From Candidatus Saccharimonadia bacterium (GTDB taxonomy: Bacteria > Patescibacteriota > Saccharimonadia > UBA4664 > SCTI01): DNA of 64,000 nucleotides. The stretch's first letter is position 1; every line of letters starts with the position of its first letter. A program made the translations under genes and the position numbers. The DNA lies in the NCBI GenBank assembly GCA_046597065.1, contig JBKJLI010000002.1, positions 116,071 to 180,070 on the forward strand, read 5' to 3'. The notes below the pieces were generated by a model that saw nothing but the letters and a program-made list of their open reading frames with translations, was not told where the DNA came from and did no database searches. Shown here piece by piece: positions 10,293-19,800 of this stretch.

Positions 10293-10321
10293 TTGACAAG
10301 CGGATATTAAAATGATATAAC
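10293..10321 (+). promoter_or_regulatory. Near-consensus sigma70-type promoter (TTGACA-17 nt-TATAAC)
   Basis: TTGACA at 10293-10298, an exact 17-nt spacer, and TATAAC at 10316-10321, about 50 nt upstream of the ATG at 10370. Confidence 0.45.
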
Positions 10322-10369
10322 ATTTATTAGTCTTCAGTTGTCCAAATCGACCTCTTTGAAAGGACGAGC

Positions 10370-10624
10370 ATGAAGAAGCACTGTAGTACGCGAAGGTCGG
10401 TTTCTCAAATTCCGACGGCCAATTACAGGTTGATGGATCTGATCATCTGCATTTCGATGATGAAACTTCTCTTCATCCTGGTGCTCGCAGCCTTGCTATC
10501 CAGTGGCTGGGAACGAGTTATCGCAGTGGCTTGCTTTGCAGGTTTGATTGCTTCGGCATGGCTGATTCGTCGGTGGACAGTCAATGGGTTGCGTGGCAAC
10601 TCCAAGCCCTATAGAAAGGACTAG
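10370..10624 (+). CDS. Small membrane protein (84 aa) in high-GC islet
   Basis: An AAAGGACGAGC SD sits 1 nt upstream of the ATG. The product is hydrophobic (2 TM helices). The codons are GC-rich at the third position. Confidence 0.45.
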   Translation: MKKHCSTRRSVSQIPTANYRLMDLIICISMMKLLFILVLAALLSSGWERVIAVACFAGLIASAWLIRRWTVNGLRGNSKPYRKD

Positions 10625-10626
10625 AG

Positions 10627-10854
10627 ATGAATCAGTATGCCTGGTTGATCATCGGCCTGACGTTCGCGGTGCTGGCACTTCATTCGAGGCGAAAGGCAAT
10701 CAGCTACTGGCTGCTGCCCCGAATCAAGCTGTGCTTTCAGCTGATCAACCCAATCCGAGTGCAGCCCAAGCCCACCCAACGGCATCGGCAGGTCAAGGAG
10801 CCTTCACATTCCCGCCGCCGCCATCGTGGCAAGCGCGGTAAGGCCCCGTCGTAA
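10627..10854 (+). CDS. Small membrane protein (75 aa) with strongly basic C-terminal tail (RRRHRGKRGKAPS)
   Basis: It starts 2 nt after the previous stop with its own AAAGGA SD. It has one TM helix and an Arg/Lys/His-rich tail. A terminator follows. Confidence 0.45.
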   Translation: MNQYAWLIIGLTFAVLALHSRRKAISYWLLPRIKLCFQLINPIRVQPKPTQRHRQVKEPSHSRRRHRGKRGKAPS

Positions 10855-10875
10855 TGACGGGGCCTGTAGTTTTTA
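10842..10875 (+). terminator. Intrinsic terminator (GGCCCCGTCGTAATGACGGGGCC + T-run)
   Basis: A perfect 9-bp stem overlaps the stop codon of the 75-aa ORF and is followed by TGTAGTTTTT. Confidence 0.55.
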
Positions 10876-10890
10876 AAGCGCCTTTTAGTC

Positions 10891-10919
10891 TTGAAAACTG
10901 TTGTCAAACTACGTATAAT
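10891..10919 (+). promoter_or_regulatory. Candidate uvrA promoter (TTGAAA-17 nt-TATAAT)
   Basis: TTGAAA at 10891-10896, a 17-nt spacer, and TATAAT at 10914-10919, about 30 nt upstream of the uvrA TTG start, which has a GAGGAA SD. Confidence 0.4.
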
Positions 10920-10949
10920 CAGTACTTGCTTTAAGATGAGGAATCGAGC

Positions 10950-13832
10950 TTGAGCCTACAAGACAAGATTGTGGTTCGCGGGGCCCGCGAGCACAACCTC
11001 AAAAATATTAACGTTGAAATACCACGCGATAAACTAGTAGTTATCACCGGCCTTTCTGGTTCGGGTAAATCATCCTTGGCCTTCGACACCATTTACGCCG
11101 AAGGACAGCGTCGTTACGTAGAAAGCTTAAGCGCCTACGCCCGACAGTTTTTAGGCCTAATGGAAAAGCCGGATGTTGATCAAATTGATGGATTGAGCCC
11201 AGCGATTTCGATTGATCAAAAGTCAAGCAGCCGCAACCCTCGCTCGACGGTTGGAACGGTCACCGAAATATATGATTACATGCGCTTACTATGGGCGCGG
11301 GTGGGCGTACCGCATTGTCCAATATGTGGCCTAGAAGTGCTACGCCAGACCAGCGGGCAGATTGTAGATCAAATTATGGAACTGCCAGCCGATACGCGGA
11401 TTATGGTACTGGCGCCAATTATTGATGATAAAAAGGGTGAGCATCGCAGCGTGGTAGCTGATCTTAAAAAAGCCGGCTTCACCCGAGTTCGGGTTGATGG
11501 CACAATTATGGATATTGGGGAGTTCCCAGATTTAGATAAACAAAAAAAGCACACCATTGAGGCTGTGGTAGACCGCAGCACGGTGGATATTGAAGAGCGG
11601 CAGCGGCTAACCGATTCGGTTGAACAAGCGCTTGCCCTGGGAGACGGGGTGGTACATATTCTGCAGGCTGATAGTGGCAAAGAAATGAGCTACAGTGAAC
11701 GGTACGCCTGCCCAGTACATCGAGAGATCAGTCTACCCGAAATTGCACCGCGTAATTTCAGCTTTAACTCGCCTCATGGTGCTTGCCCCCACTGTACTGG
11801 CTTGGGCATCCGCTTAGAGGTAGACCCAGAGCTGGTAATCCCAAATCGCCGGTTAACGATTGCCGAAGGGGCTATTAGGCCATGGAGCCGCACAACTGCA
11901 CGTGTAACCTGGTACAGTCGGATGGTAGAGGGCGTGGCCAAACAGTTTGGTTTTTCGATCGACGTTCCGGTGAGTCAAATGAAGCCCGAGGATTTAAAAA
12001 TTATTCTGTATGGTGCAGCCGATACTACCATTGCGATGCGAGGCCCAGGTGGTCGCACCTACAACACCAGTTACGAGGGTGTAGTACCTAACATGGAGCG
12101 GCGATATCACGAGACTGATTCGGAATTTGTGCGCAAAGATATCAGTAAGTACATGGCTGAGCGGACTTGCCCGGTTTGCGAAGGTAAACGCTTAAAGCCA
12201 GAAATTATTGCTGTTACGATTGCGAAGCAGTCGATTGTAGATGTCACCACACTTTCAATAGAAGAAGCTCGCGGCTTTTTTGAAGGACTTAAGTTAAGTC
12301 AGCGCGATGAGATTATTGCCCGCCAGATTTTAAAAGAGGTGCGTTCACGGCTACAGTTTTTAAATGATGTTGGATTGAGCTACCTAACCCTCGATCGAAG
12401 TGCTAACACTTTGGCTGGCGGTGAGGCCCAGCGCATTAGGCTAGCAACCCAAATTGGCTCTAGCTTAATGGGTGTGCTTTATATTTTGGATGAGCCTTCT
12501 ATTGGTTTACACCAACGCGATAATGATCGTTTGATTTCCACCTTGGTTCGTTTGCGCGATTTGGGCAACACTGTAATCGTGGTTGAGCACGACGAGGACA
12601 CTATGCGAGCGGCCGACTGGTTGATTGATATTGGCCCAAGAGCCGGAGAGCATGGCGGCGAGGTAGTGGCGGCCGGTACACCCCAGTTCGTGACCGATCA
12701 TCCTCATAGCCTAACAGGTGAATATCTGGCTGGCCGCAAACAGATCGAGGTGCCACCTAAACGCCGCTCTGGCAGCGGACAAAGTATCGAAATTAAAAAC
12801 GCTCGTGAACACAATTTAAAGAATGTGGATGTAAAAATACCGTTAGGGCGATTTGTAACGGTGACAGGTGTTTCGGGTAGCGGCAAATCGAGCTTGATTA
12901 ATGATATTTTGGCCAAAAAGTTGGCCCAGGTGTTTCACCGCGCTGGTGACCTGCCGGGCAAGCATGACGATATTGAGGGGCTAAAATCACTTGATAAAGT
13001 AATTAGTGTAGATCAGTCGCCAATTGGCCGCACTCCTCGCAGCAACCCTGCAACATACACGGGGGTGTTCGGGGATATTCGTGATTTGTTTGCATCTACA
13101 CCAGAGGCCAAGATTCGAGGTTATCAGGCCGGACGTTTTAGTTTTAACGTAAAGGGTGGTCGCTGCGAGGTTTGTAAGGGCGATGGCATTATAAAAATTG
13201 AAATGCACTTTTTGCCAGATGTTTACGTAACCTGCGATGAGTGCAAGGGTCGCCGTTACAATCGTGAAGCTTTAGAAATCCACTACAAAGGTAAAAACAT
13301 CTCTGAAGTGCTTGATATGACCGTTGAAGAGGCGAGTAAATTTTTTGAAAACATCCCACGAGTTATGCGCAAAATTGAGACGCTTAATAGTGTGGGCTTG
13401 GGTTATATTCGCTTGGGCCAGCCAGCTACCACGCTTTCGGGCGGAGAGGCCCAGCGCATCAAGCTGGCTACCGAGTTAGCGCGGCGCAGTACCGGTAAAA
13501 CACTCTATATTTTAGATGAACCCACCACTGGACTGCATTTTGAAGACGTCAAAAAATTACTAGAAGTGTTGAATGCGCTGGTGGACACGGGAAACACCGT
13601 ATTAGTGATCGAGCATAACTTAGATGTAATAAAATCAGCCGATTGGGTAATTGATATGGGCCCAGAGGGCGGTGACGGTGGTGGGGCGATTATCGCCGAG
13701 GGTACGCCCGAAAATGTGGCCGAGGTAACTGGATCGCACACAGGGCTATATTTAAAACGAGTGCTAGGAAAAAAGCTGTCTAAACTGGCAGCTGCACCTA
13801 AGACTCAGGTCAAAACCAAGCAACCGGTTTGA
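10950..13832 (+). CDS. uvrA: Excinuclease ABC subunit A
   Basis: 960 aa. Two ABC ATPase modules ([14 protein letters not shown]; [14 protein letters not shown]), zinc-finger CxxC pairs, and LSGGEAQRI signature motifs. Confidence 0.95.
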   Translation: MSLQDKIVVRGAREHNLKNINVEIPRDKLVVITGLSGSGKSSLAFDTIYAEGQRRYVESLSAYARQFLGLMEKPDVDQIDGLSPAISIDQKSSSRNPRSTVGTVTEIYDYMRLLWARVGVPHCPICGLEVLRQTSGQIVDQIMELPADTRIMVLAPIIDDKKGEHRSVVADLKKAGFTRVRVDGTIMDIGEFPDLDKQKKHTIEAVVDRSTVDIEERQRLTDSVEQALALGDGVVHILQADSGKEMSYSERYACPVHREISLPEIAPRNFSFNSPHGACPHCTGLGIRLEVDPELVIPNRRLTIAEGAIRPWSRTTARVTWYSRMVEGVAKQFGFSIDVPVSQMKPEDLKIILYGAADTTIAMRGPGGRTYNTSYEGVVPNMERRYHETDSEFVRKDISKYMAERTCPVCEGKRLKPEIIAVTIAKQSIVDVTTLSIEEARGFFEGLKLSQRDEIIARQILKEVRSRLQFLNDVGLSYLTLDRSANTLAGGEAQRIRLATQIGSSLMGVLYILDEPSIGLHQRDNDRLISTLVRLRDLGNTVIVVEHDEDTMRAADWLIDIGPRAGEHGGEVVAAGTPQFVTDHPHSLTGEYLAGRKQIEVPPKRRSGSGQSIEIKNAREHNLKNVDVKIPLGRFVTVTGVSGSGKSSLINDILAKKLAQVFHRAGDLPGKHDDIEGLKSLDKVISVDQSPIGRTPRSNPATYTGVFGDIRDLFASTPEAKIRGYQAGRFSFNVKGGRCEVCKGDGIIKIEMHFLPDVYVTCDECKGRRYNREALEIHYKGKNISEVLDMTVEEASKFFENIPRVMRKIETLNSVGLGYIRLGQPATTLSGGEAQRIKLATELARRSTGKTLYILDEPTTGLHFEDVKKLLEVLNALVDTGNTVLVIEHNLDVIKSADWVIDMGPEGGDGGGAIIAEGTPENVAEVTGSHTGLYLKRVLGKKLSKLAAAPKTQVKTKQPV

Positions 13833-13858
13833 TTTAGGCAAAAAGAGAGCCCACCGAA

Positions 13859-13884
13859 GTGGGCCCTCGGTGGGCGTTGGATCA
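13859..13884. terminator. Bidirectional hairpin between convergent uvrA and the high-GC ORF
   Basis: Overlapping stems GCCCAC-CGAA-GTGGGC and CCCACCGA...TCGGTGGG. There is an A-run on the + side and a T-run for the minus-strand transcript. Confidence 0.5.
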
Positions 13885-14487
13885 GGTGACCGTGACGGCA
13901 GGCTGAGCCTCAAGGTACTCCAGCAGGCGGTTGGTCCTGTGTGCCAGAATTCCGGCGTAACGCACAGCCTGTCCGCGCTGGGTTAGCACGAAGTTCATGG
14001 CGTCGGCCACCTGGATCGCAGAAGTGGCTTCTGTTCTGATAGCTGCAAGCAGCCACTCTACAACGTCCACCAGCCGGTCACCTTCAAGCGGATTTGCTTC
14101 GGCGTACATGTCGTGATCACGACTGAGCCGACCGACGCGGTCCGGAAGCGTTACCGGAAAGCGTTGGAAGAGGTCGGTGACGTCACTGAAGTATTCCTCC
14201 AGTTGAATTCGGGTAGGCCTGTGATTCATCACGATCCACCTTGCAGCCAAGAACCCGAACTCCGAACAGGTGGAATCGTTCATGAGTGCTGCAACGTCGT
14301 AGGTCATCAGTGGCCGGGCGCCAACTTCATCAATGCCACAGACGTATCCAGGCACGCCACCTTCGTAAACGAAGTATTGATTGTCCAGAGCCATGGAGCC
14401 AAGCATCGTAATGCTCAACCACTCCCTTGAGCCTGGGATTGGGTCTGGAGTGTCCCGTAGAGGTGTATCAAGCGTTGGGGAGCCCAT
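13882..14487 (-). CDS. Hypothetical protein (201 aa), high-GC foreign-looking gene between uvrA and uvrC
   Basis: A perfect AGGAGG SD sits 6 nt upstream of the ATG. The reading frame has a strong GC3 bias and the product is a non-repetitive soluble protein. No family motif is recognised. Confidence 0.55.
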   Translation of the reverse strand: MGSPTLDTPLRDTPDPIPGSREWLSITMLGSMALDNQYFVYEGGVPGYVCGIDEVGARPLMTYDVAALMNDSTCSEFGFLAARWIVMNHRPTRIQLEEYFSDVTDLFQRFPVTLPDRVGRLSRDHDMYAEANPLEGDRLVDVVEWLLAAIRTEATSAIQVADAMNFVLTQRGQAVRYAGILAHRTNRLLEYLEAQPAVTVT

Positions 14488-14579
14488 GGCTCGCCTCCTA
14501 TGTTTTGAGGGCCGAATTGAAAGGTACGAGATTGAAACTAATTATACCTTAAACCAGTCGTTAAGTCAATGATTATGGT

Positions 14580-16034
14580 ATGATTGTACAGATGGAACTT
14601 AATGAAAAGTTAAAGAAAAAGCTGGCGGAGCTGCCCAAGGTTCCGGGGGTTTATTTTCACAAAGACTTAAAGGGCAAGATTATCTACATCGGAAAAGCCG
14701 CTAATCTTAAAAATCGAGTTGGTTCCTACTTTCAGCGAAGTCGTACTCGAGATGTAAAAACTGCCTTGCTGGTTCATGATATTGCCATGACTGACTGGAT
14801 CACTGTCGATAGCGAGGTAGAAGCGTTGTTCTTGGAATCGGAGTTCATTAAACGCTACAAGCCCAAATATAATATCGACCTGCGCGATGATAAGCACTGG
14901 ATTTATATTCGGATTCCGATGAGCGACGAATGGCCGGTAATTAGCTTTGTACGCCGCCCAATGGATGACCGAGCCGACTATTGGGGGCCGTTTACCTCTA
15001 GCGATGCCGTACGCAAAGCCATGCGCCAGCTAAGAAAAGTCTTCCCCTACATCACCCATCCTGTAAAGCCGATGCCCAAGCGGGCTTGTTTGCACTATCA
15101 CATTGGTTTGTGCCCTGGGCCCGAGGTGGGGGCAATCATACCAGCCGAATATAAACGTAGCTTACGCCGTTTGCAGCTGTATTTTAAGGGCGAAAAAACC
15201 AAGTTGATAGCGACTTTAGAGCGCGAAATGCAGCGGGCATCTAAGGCAAAAGATTTCGAGCTGGCGGCTCGACGACGCGACCAACTGCGCAACCTGAGGG
15301 CTTTAAGCCAGCAGATGCTGTTTAGTGACAAAGAAATGTTTGATTTACGGCTAGACCAGGCTTTAATGGGTTTGGCTGACCAACTAGATCTAAAAGGTGC
15401 CCCACGGCGAATTGAGGCGTATGACATATCACATTTACAGGGTAGTGATAACGTGGCTAGTATGGTGGTGTTTCAAGATGGTGTACCTAACAAAGAAGAG
15501 TACCGGCGGTTTCAGATGCGGCTAACTGGTAACGACGACTTTGCTCATATGCGCGAAGTCGTTCGTCGACGGTTTAGTGGCCGTAATTGGGAGCGCTGGG
15601 CCAAGCCTGATTTAATATTAATCGATGGCGGAAAGGGCCAGTTGAGCGCGGCACTAGGCGTGCTGGATGAACTAGGTATAAATATTCCCACTGTTGGGCT
15701 AGCCAAACGCGAAGAAGAGATCATTCGGCGAGCCGAGGTTGGTTTTGATACATTATTGCTGTCAAAAGATTCGCATATTTTGCAACTATTGCAGCGGGTA
15801 CGTGATGAGGCTCATCGCTTTGCTGTGACTTATCATAGTTTGCTACGATCTAAGCGCCAAACCGCCTCAGTTCTCGATAGTATTCCTGGCATTGGGCCAG
15901 CCACACGAAAAAAATTGATTAAGCGATTTGGCAGTGTGGCCGGCATAAAACAGGCATCATTAGCCGAACTAGCAACCGAAATTGGGGCAACTAAAGCTCA
16001 GGTTACCCTTGAGCGACTGGCCGACCCGAGCTAA
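14580..16034 (+). CDS. uvrC: Excinuclease ABC subunit C (compact, 484 aa)
   Basis: An N-terminal GIY-YIG domain (VPGVYFHKD...IIYIGKAANLKNRV), a UVR motif (DFELAARRRDQLRNL), an RNase-H-like endonuclease region, and a C-terminal (HhH)2 (IPGIGPATRKKLIKRFGSVAGI). Confidence 0.9.
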   Translation: MIVQMELNEKLKKKLAELPKVPGVYFHKDLKGKIIYIGKAANLKNRVGSYFQRSRTRDVKTALLVHDIAMTDWITVDSEVEALFLESEFIKRYKPKYNIDLRDDKHWIYIRIPMSDEWPVISFVRRPMDDRADYWGPFTSSDAVRKAMRQLRKVFPYITHPVKPMPKRACLHYHIGLCPGPEVGAIIPAEYKRSLRRLQLYFKGEKTKLIATLEREMQRASKAKDFELAARRRDQLRNLRALSQQMLFSDKEMFDLRLDQALMGLADQLDLKGAPRRIEAYDISHLQGSDNVASMVVFQDGVPNKEEYRRFQMRLTGNDDFAHMREVVRRRFSGRNWERWAKPDLILIDGGKGQLSAALGVLDELGINIPTVGLAKREEEIIRRAEVGFDTLLLSKDSHILQLLQRVRDEAHRFAVTYHSLLRSKRQTASVLDSIPGIGPATRKKLIKRFGSVAGIKQASLAELATEIGATKAQVTLERLADPS

Positions 16035-16096
16035 AATAATTATGGTTAAGCACTCAGTGCTAAATTTTTTGAATACACCAACTAGCCGGAGACCCC

Positions 16097-16468
16097 ATGG
16101 CCGAACTGATATATGTTGCAGATGATGATACCGGATTAAGGACTGCCTATGCTGCAGCCCTACACAAATTAGGATACGAAGTTGAGACCGCCTCTGACGG
16201 CTTAGAAGCTCTAAATTTGGTTAAAAAGCGTAAGCCAAATGTAATTTTACTGGACATGCTGATGCCAAATCTAGATGGCATTGGATTTTTAAAGGCCCTT
16301 AGAGCCGATAAAGCCAACGACGACGTTATTGTAATTGTGGTAAGTAATTTCGAGTCTATGCCAGAGGCCAATGATTACAATGTAGTTAAATATTTGTCGA
16401 AGTTACAGCATGATCCAGAAGCAGTGGCATCGAGAGTTGCCGACATCATTGGAGGCAACCATGCGTAG
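16097..16468 (+). CDS. Stand-alone response regulator receiver domain (CheY-like)
   Basis: 123 aa. The DDD acidic pocket (YVADDDTGL) and the phospho-acceptor context ILLDMLMPNLDG, plus KALRA...VIVIVVSN, match a receiver domain. There is no output domain and no kinase nearby. Confidence 0.75.
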   Translation: MAELIYVADDDTGLRTAYAAALHKLGYEVETASDGLEALNLVKKRKPNVILLDMLMPNLDGIGFLKALRADKANDDVIVIVVSNFESMPEANDYNVVKYLSKLQHDPEAVASRVADIIGGNHA

Positions 16469-16841
16469 TAGTTTGATAGGCAGCTTTTTGCTGCGTTGGT
16501 TTATTAACTTTTTGGGGCTGTGGGCCGCCGCCGCACTGTTGACTGGTGTTGATTATGGAAATCGGCTGGCAGTGTTGGTATGGGCCGCCCTTATCTTTTC
16601 GTTAGTAAATGCGGCCATACGGCCACTTGTCGTGGTATTAGCGCTACCAGCCATCATTCTGTCGTTGGGGCTGTTTATACTTGTGGTCAACGCCCTGATG
16701 CTTTACTTGGTAACAGTGTTGTATCCCGATTTTAGTGTTAGCTCGTTTGGGCAGGCCATTCTGGCTGTGGTGATTATTTGGATAGTCAACTATGTAATGA
16801 GTGCGCTGATAGATGGGAGACGCCATGAAAACACTGTTTAA
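16461..16841 (+). CDS. YvlD/DUF360 (Phage_holin_4_2 superfamily) membrane protein
   Basis: The WFINFLGLWAAAALLTGV...LVNAAIRPLVVVLALPAIILSLGLFILVVNALMLYLV pattern matches the 4-TM YvlD-like family. The start is taken at the ATG at 16461, preceded by a GGAGG SD; the ORF track's upstream start at 16410 is less likely. Confidence 0.6.
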   Translation: MRSSLIGSFLLRWFINFLGLWAAAALLTGVDYGNRLAVLVWAALIFSLVNAAIRPLVVVLALPAIILSLGLFILVVNALMLYLVTVLYPDFSVSSFGQAILAVVIIWIVNYVMSALIDGRRHENTV

Positions 16842-17046
16842 TTACCTAACCATAATCTCGGCAATATTTATGATTACTGCCATTCTATTACAAGCACGCA
16901 GTTCAAGCCTGGGTGCTGGCTTTGGTGGCGATACCAGCTTTACTCATACCCGCCGTGGTGCCGAAAGAGTGCTATACCTTTCAACTATTGGTGCTGGTGT
17001 AGTATTTGTACTCTCTATAATTTTGAGCATTCTGTCGAAACGCTAA
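16825..17046 (+). CDS. secG: Preprotein translocase subunit SecG
   Basis: About 73 aa. TM1-LLQ-(S/G)-rich loop GAGFGG-TM2 is the SecG signature. Confidence 0.6.
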   Translation: MKTLFNYLTIISAIFMITAILLQARSSSLGAGFGGDTSFTHTRRGAERVLYLSTIGAGVVFVLSIILSILSKR

Positions 17047-17060
17047 GCGAGTAACCCTTT

Positions 17061-18818
17061 ATGTCGAATTATTTTACCTTCCGTTTGCAGCGACTGCGTC
17101 GCCGTTGGTGGCGCGAAATTCAATTGGGCTTTTCAGCCATTACTCACTTTTTACACTTTAATGTCCGTGGCAAGGGCCGCCAGTTTGGGATGATCCGGCG
17201 GTTTGCACTGGTGTGGTGGGTGCTTCTGGCTGCTCTGCTATTAGGTTCAATTTGGCAACTTCGTCACGTTATCAGTATCGGAAGTGTATTAAGACCGGTA
17301 GCTGGCGGTACTTATTCAGAGGCACTTACAGGTGAGATCAAAACCATTAATCCGGCACTTCCGGATAACTCGGCAAGTGCCGATGCTGCCAAGCTAATAT
17401 TTAGTGGCCTGACAAAATATGATTCACAAGGAATGTTGCGGTCGGATTTGGCGACCAACTGGGTGATAAGTTCCGACGGTAAAACTTACACTTTCTATTT
17501 GCGCAAGGGAGTAAAGTGGCATGATGGAGTGCCTTTTACGGCCCAAGACGTTTTATTTACTTTGGCAGTGGTGCAAAACCCCGACACTCGATCGCCACTT
17601 GCCCCCGATTGGAAGGGTATCAAGGCAAGCGCACCGAACGACCAGACGGTCATTTTTACCCTGCCCAAGGCATATACACCATTTATGGTTTCAACCACAC
17701 TCGGCATTTTGCCTCGGCACTTGCTCGAAAATGTTGAGCCCAAACAGCTACGAGTAAATACATTTAACCAGCGCCCAGTAGGTACGGGGCCATTTAAGCT
17801 CGAGCAGGTTGATAGCACGTCGGGCAGTCTTGTGTTTAAAGCCAATGATGATTACTTTGGCGGACGGCCGTTGCTTGATAGCATTCGGTTACGAACTTAT
17901 GATACCGCCGATAAGGCGCTGGATGCCTACCAAAAGCGGCAGGTTTTGGGAGTGGCTCGCTTGCAGCCTGGACAGCTTGAAGCCGCCACAAAAACCGGTT
18001 CTTTACGGCTCCATCAGGCTAGCGTTCCCGATCAGGTTTCGGTATTCTTTCACACCAGTAGCGGCATTATGGCCGATAAAACGGTGCGAGCGGCCTTATC
18101 ACAGGCCACTAATCGCCAACAGATTATCGACGAGCAACTTAATGGCCAGGCAGCACCCTTAACCAGCCCACTGACATCACAAGGAATCAACCTTTTTGGC
18201 GCTCCTCATCAGCCCAACTTTGACGTGGCCAAGGCAGTCGCAGCCCTTGAATCAGCTGGCTGGATAAAGGGTCCCGATGGTATACGCTCAAAAAACGGCC
18301 AAAAACTTGAGATTAAACTGGCCACCCAAACGGATACTATCTATGGTGTGGTAGCTCAGCAACTGGCTCTACAATGGGGCAAGGTTGGGGCAAAAGTAGA
18401 GGTAAGCCAGTACGATGCGGCCACCTTGCAACAGAGCTACATCCGCACCCGGCGCTATGATGCGCTACTTTATGGCATAAATATTGGCGCCGATCCAGAC
18501 GTTTATGCGTATTGGCACTCATCACAAGCCACCGATCCCGGCTTAAATTTGTCTAGCTATGCCTCTACAGCTGCCGATAAAGCATTAGAGGGCGGCCGTA
18601 CCGTTCGTGATGTCCAAACTCGTTCAGCCAAATACCGTTCGTTCATACAAGCCTGGATGGCCGACAGCCCGGCCATAATGTTGTATTCACCTTCGTATAC
18701 CTACGCAGTTGATCGAAATGTGCATGGTATTGATATTAGACGACTGGTATCGGCATCGGATCGTTTTGATAATGTTGAGCACTGGTCGTTAAAAGTTAAA
18801 ACCGTCCCCGCCAAGTGA
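17061..18818 (+). CDS. ABC transporter substrate-binding protein, family 5 (oligopeptide/nickel-type)
   Basis: 585 aa. An N-terminal signal-anchor precedes an SBP_bac_5-like core (KWHDGVPFTAQDV..., GTGPFKL, ...DPDVYAYWHS). The true start may be the internal Met at about 17190. Confidence 0.7.
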   Translation: MSNYFTFRLQRLRRRWWREIQLGFSAITHFLHFNVRGKGRQFGMIRRFALVWWVLLAALLLGSIWQLRHVISIGSVLRPVAGGTYSEALTGEIKTINPALPDNSASADAAKLIFSGLTKYDSQGMLRSDLATNWVISSDGKTYTFYLRKGVKWHDGVPFTAQDVLFTLAVVQNPDTRSPLAPDWKGIKASAPNDQTVIFTLPKAYTPFMVSTTLGILPRHLLENVEPKQLRVNTFNQRPVGTGPFKLEQVDSTSGSLVFKANDDYFGGRPLLDSIRLRTYDTADKALDAYQKRQVLGVARLQPGQLEAATKTGSLRLHQASVPDQVSVFFHTSSGIMADKTVRAALSQATNRQQIIDEQLNGQAAPLTSPLTSQGINLFGAPHQPNFDVAKAVAALESAGWIKGPDGIRSKNGQKLEIKLATQTDTIYGVVAQQLALQWGKVGAKVEVSQYDAATLQQSYIRTRRYDALLYGINIGADPDVYAYWHSSQATDPGLNLSSYASTAADKALEGGRTVRDVQTRSAKYRSFIQAWMADSPAIMLYSPSYTYAVDRNVHGIDIRRLVSASDRFDNVEHWSLKVKTVPAK

Positions 18819-18878
18819 TGATCGCGGGCTGGAATAATTTGCCAGCCTAAGCTACTATTACTCGGTTACCACCAGTTT

Positions 18879-18964
18879 GGGCGAGTGGTGAAATGGTAGA
18901 CACGCTAGTTTCAGGTACTAGTGAGCGCAAGCTCGTGGAGGTTCAATTCCTCTCTCGCCCACCA
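18879..18964 (+). tRNA. tRNA-Leu (anticodon CAG)
   Basis: GGGCGAG...CTCGCCC acceptor, anticodon stem CTAGT/ACTAG with loop TTCAGGT, long variable arm, T-loop GGAGGTTCAATTCCTCT, and encoded CCA. Confidence 0.85.
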
Positions 18965-18976
18965 GCAATCATTTAG

Positions 18977-19780
18977 CTAAACAATTTCGATAATGATAGC
19001 TTTGCCGTCGGTAAAGTATCGAGCTCCGGTGGCATTTTTGCTTGGCTTAGAAGGTTCAATCGGTTCTATCATTTGGTGATTCCCGACCATTAAAGAGCCG
19101 TATTTAATCAACTCTAAGGCTATTAAGTCGCGCTCTTCATCTAGATCGGGGTTGATGTGGTGATGAACGAACGGTGGCAGCCAGTCAAGACGCAAACTAG
19201 TATCATAACTAGCAGCCGCAATCCAGACCTGCTGATCTTTGGGCAGCACCTTTGTCGTTCGCCACAGTCGTATATGATGCCGCTGGCTAAAGCTCTTTTT
19301 GGCAGTTAGCTTTTGAAACGATAAATCTTGCAGACCAAAACCAATAAAGTGGGGTGTAAATGGCCCGGTTTTGTGTGAGCGCTTAAATAAGGTACTTATG
19401 CTAGCTAAAGCCATATGGATAGGAGTGGCTGGGTTGGCTGGGCTCCACCCGGCTTTTTCGAAAGCCCGCTTTATGCCATTTTCGGTGCCAACTACAATCA
19501 TGTTAATGGGGTCCATACGCTGCCCGGTTACAGCTTGGCTAAAGCGGGGGAGTCCATCAAGAATCTCTTGACTAAGATTTAGGTGGCTGGTTTTGCGGAA
19601 ATCACGAGGCTTGTACAGTTTTTCGAGTGTAGTCATATGTAGAACCGTAGAGATAAGCCGCATCGATGTAAGGGCGGCAAAGCCAATGGTAATTCTAGTC
19701 AACCAGTTGTTGTAAAAGCGCTTCATAACCAAGTTATTATGCGGTCTGGGGGCCAATCTGTCGAGTAGCAACAGGTACAA
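18977..19780 (-). CDS. Hypothetical membrane-anchored protein
   Basis: 267 aa. An N-terminal TM segment is followed by a His-rich motif SQRHHIRLWRT. It may resemble LssY-C-like domains, but this is weak. The start is uncertain (alternative Met 19 residues in). Confidence 0.45.
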   Translation of the reverse strand: MYLLLLDRLAPRPHNNLVMKRFYNNWLTRITIGFAALTSMRLISTVLHMTTLEKLYKPRDFRKTSHLNLSQEILDGLPRFSQAVTGQRMDPINMIVVGTENGIKRAFEKAGWSPANPATPIHMALASISTLFKRSHKTGPFTPHFIGFGLQDLSFQKLTAKKSFSQRHHIRLWRTTKVLPKDQQVWIAAASYDTSLRLDWLPPFVHHHINPDLDEERDLIALELIKYGSLMVGNHQMIEPIEPSKPSKNATGARYFTDGKAIIIEIV

Positions 19781-19800
19781 GAAACTGTTATGCTTAAGTC

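Noticed and set aside
10584-10841. An 85-aa ORF in a third frame overlapping both small membrane-protein genes of the 10.4-10.9 kb islet.
   Set aside because: It has no SD, an Ala/Pro/Gln-rich low-complexity product, and arises from GC-richness. The two SD-preceded hydrophobic ORFs explain the region.
16410-16460. The upstream extension of the YvlD-like ORF (start at 16410) overlapping the response regulator by 59 nt.
   Set aside because: The extension encodes a hydrophilic, non-conserved peptide. A GGAGG SD sits 5 nt before the ATG at 16461, where the conserved WFINFLG family core begins.
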